Assembly (NCBI GenBank): GCA_038562455.1
Contig: JBCFBD010000007.1
Coordinates: forward strand, 405-64,404
Reading direction: 5' to 3'
Origin: Anaerolineaceae bacterium
GTDB taxonomy: Bacteria; Chloroflexota; Anaerolineae; Anaerolineales; Anaerolineaceae
Length of the DNA: 64,000 nucleotides
Made by a program: the position numbers and the translations under genes. Within the stretch, counting starts at the first letter, position 1; the number at the start of each line of letters is the position of its first letter. Shown here piece after piece: positions 63,526 to 64,000 of the stretch. The notes under the pieces are model-generated. The model saw nothing but the letters and a program-made list of their open reading frames with translations, ran no database searches and was not told the origin of the DNA.

Positions 63526-64000
63526 ATGACTACGATCACCCAGGCTATCCAGCTTTACATTCGATCCATAGAATTAGCGCGCAGTCAAAACACTGCCACC
63601 ACTTATCGCAATGCATTAAAGTATTATGCAAGCGTGCTGGTTGACCATAAAATGGATCCGGATTTGACAGCCATCGAATTGCTGCAGGAAGATTCGATCA
63701 TCTGGTTGACCATTGCGCTCAAGCACCACGCAGCCACCACAGAACGGCTCTACCTTACAGCCATCACCGGATTTTTCGAGTTCCTGGTAGCAGAACGTCT
63801 GGTGGAAATCAACTTACCCAGGGTGCGCCTATTGATCCAGCAGCGCGCGCGCAAACCCGGGCAGCGCTTGCCGCAGTTCCCCGCGTCGCAGATCGATCTG
63901 ATCCTCGAAAAAGCCGATGAACTTCTCACCAGGCCGAGCGAAGACGAACCCGAGCGCCTGGTTAATCTACGCGATAGAGCTTTCCTCTACACATTGGCGG
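63526..64000 (+). CDS. Tyrosine-type recombinase/integrase (Xer-like), 5' partial at the window edge
   Basis: GGAGG RBS, and the frame stays open to the end of the window. An N-terminal SAM-like core-binding domain is followed by RDRAFLYTLA, the typical entry to the catalytic domain. Confidence 0.7.
   Translation, partial: MTTITQAIQLYIRSIELARSQNTATTYRNALKYYASVLVDHKMDPDLTAIELLQEDSIIWLTIALKHHAATTERLYLTAITGFFEFLVAERLVEINLPRVRLLIQQRARKPGQRLPQFPASQIDLILEKADELLTRPSEDEPERLVNLRDRAFLYTLA

Overview
This is a 64-kb chromosomal segment from a bacterium with moderately low GC. The protein repertoire looks Chloroflexota/Anaerolineae-like to me, but that is inference from recognising protein families, with no search run. 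About 60 tightly packed protein genes lie on both strands, many with 1-11 nt overlaps that suggest operons. There are three tRNAs (Arg-CCG, Asp-GTC, Arg-TCT). I saw no rRNA, CRISPR array or transposase, and a tyrosine recombinase gene is cut by the right edge.

Most content is housekeeping: Dus, GlpD, Ndk, SigA/RpoD, membrane H+-PPase, RluA, DegV, SmpB, HutH-like lyase, an L,D-transpeptidase/PgeF/YggT cluster, Xth, a PgpH-YbeY-DgkA operon, PckA, NusB and LarA. An F420 block (npdG-cofE-cofD-cofC-LLM oxidoreductase) sits between an SsnA-like amidohydrolase and a xanthine-dehydrogenase-family enzyme.

The stand-out region is 1964-5840. It is a visibly GC-rich set of co-directional genes behind a near-consensus promoter whose spacer is a perfect GAAC-N4-GTTC (LexA-type) box. 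It encodes a RecA-fold-like protein with a broken P-loop and a small helical protein. It also encodes a family-B DNA polymerase homolog that appears, by manual alignment, to have lost exonuclease and key polymerase catalytic residues, plus an intact SRAP (YedK-like) protein. I read this as a possible PolB-based analogue of the ImuA-ImuB-DnaE2 SOS mutasome.

Secondary items:
- a PHP-AlbA_2 fusion next to an embedded tRNA and two unknown genes
- a TM-NACHT-HEAT NTPase
- an MrfA-like helicase carrying an HNH insert
- two unusual tandem or phased repeat arrays in promoter regions

All functional calls come from motif recognition by eye and need HMM or BLAST confirmation.
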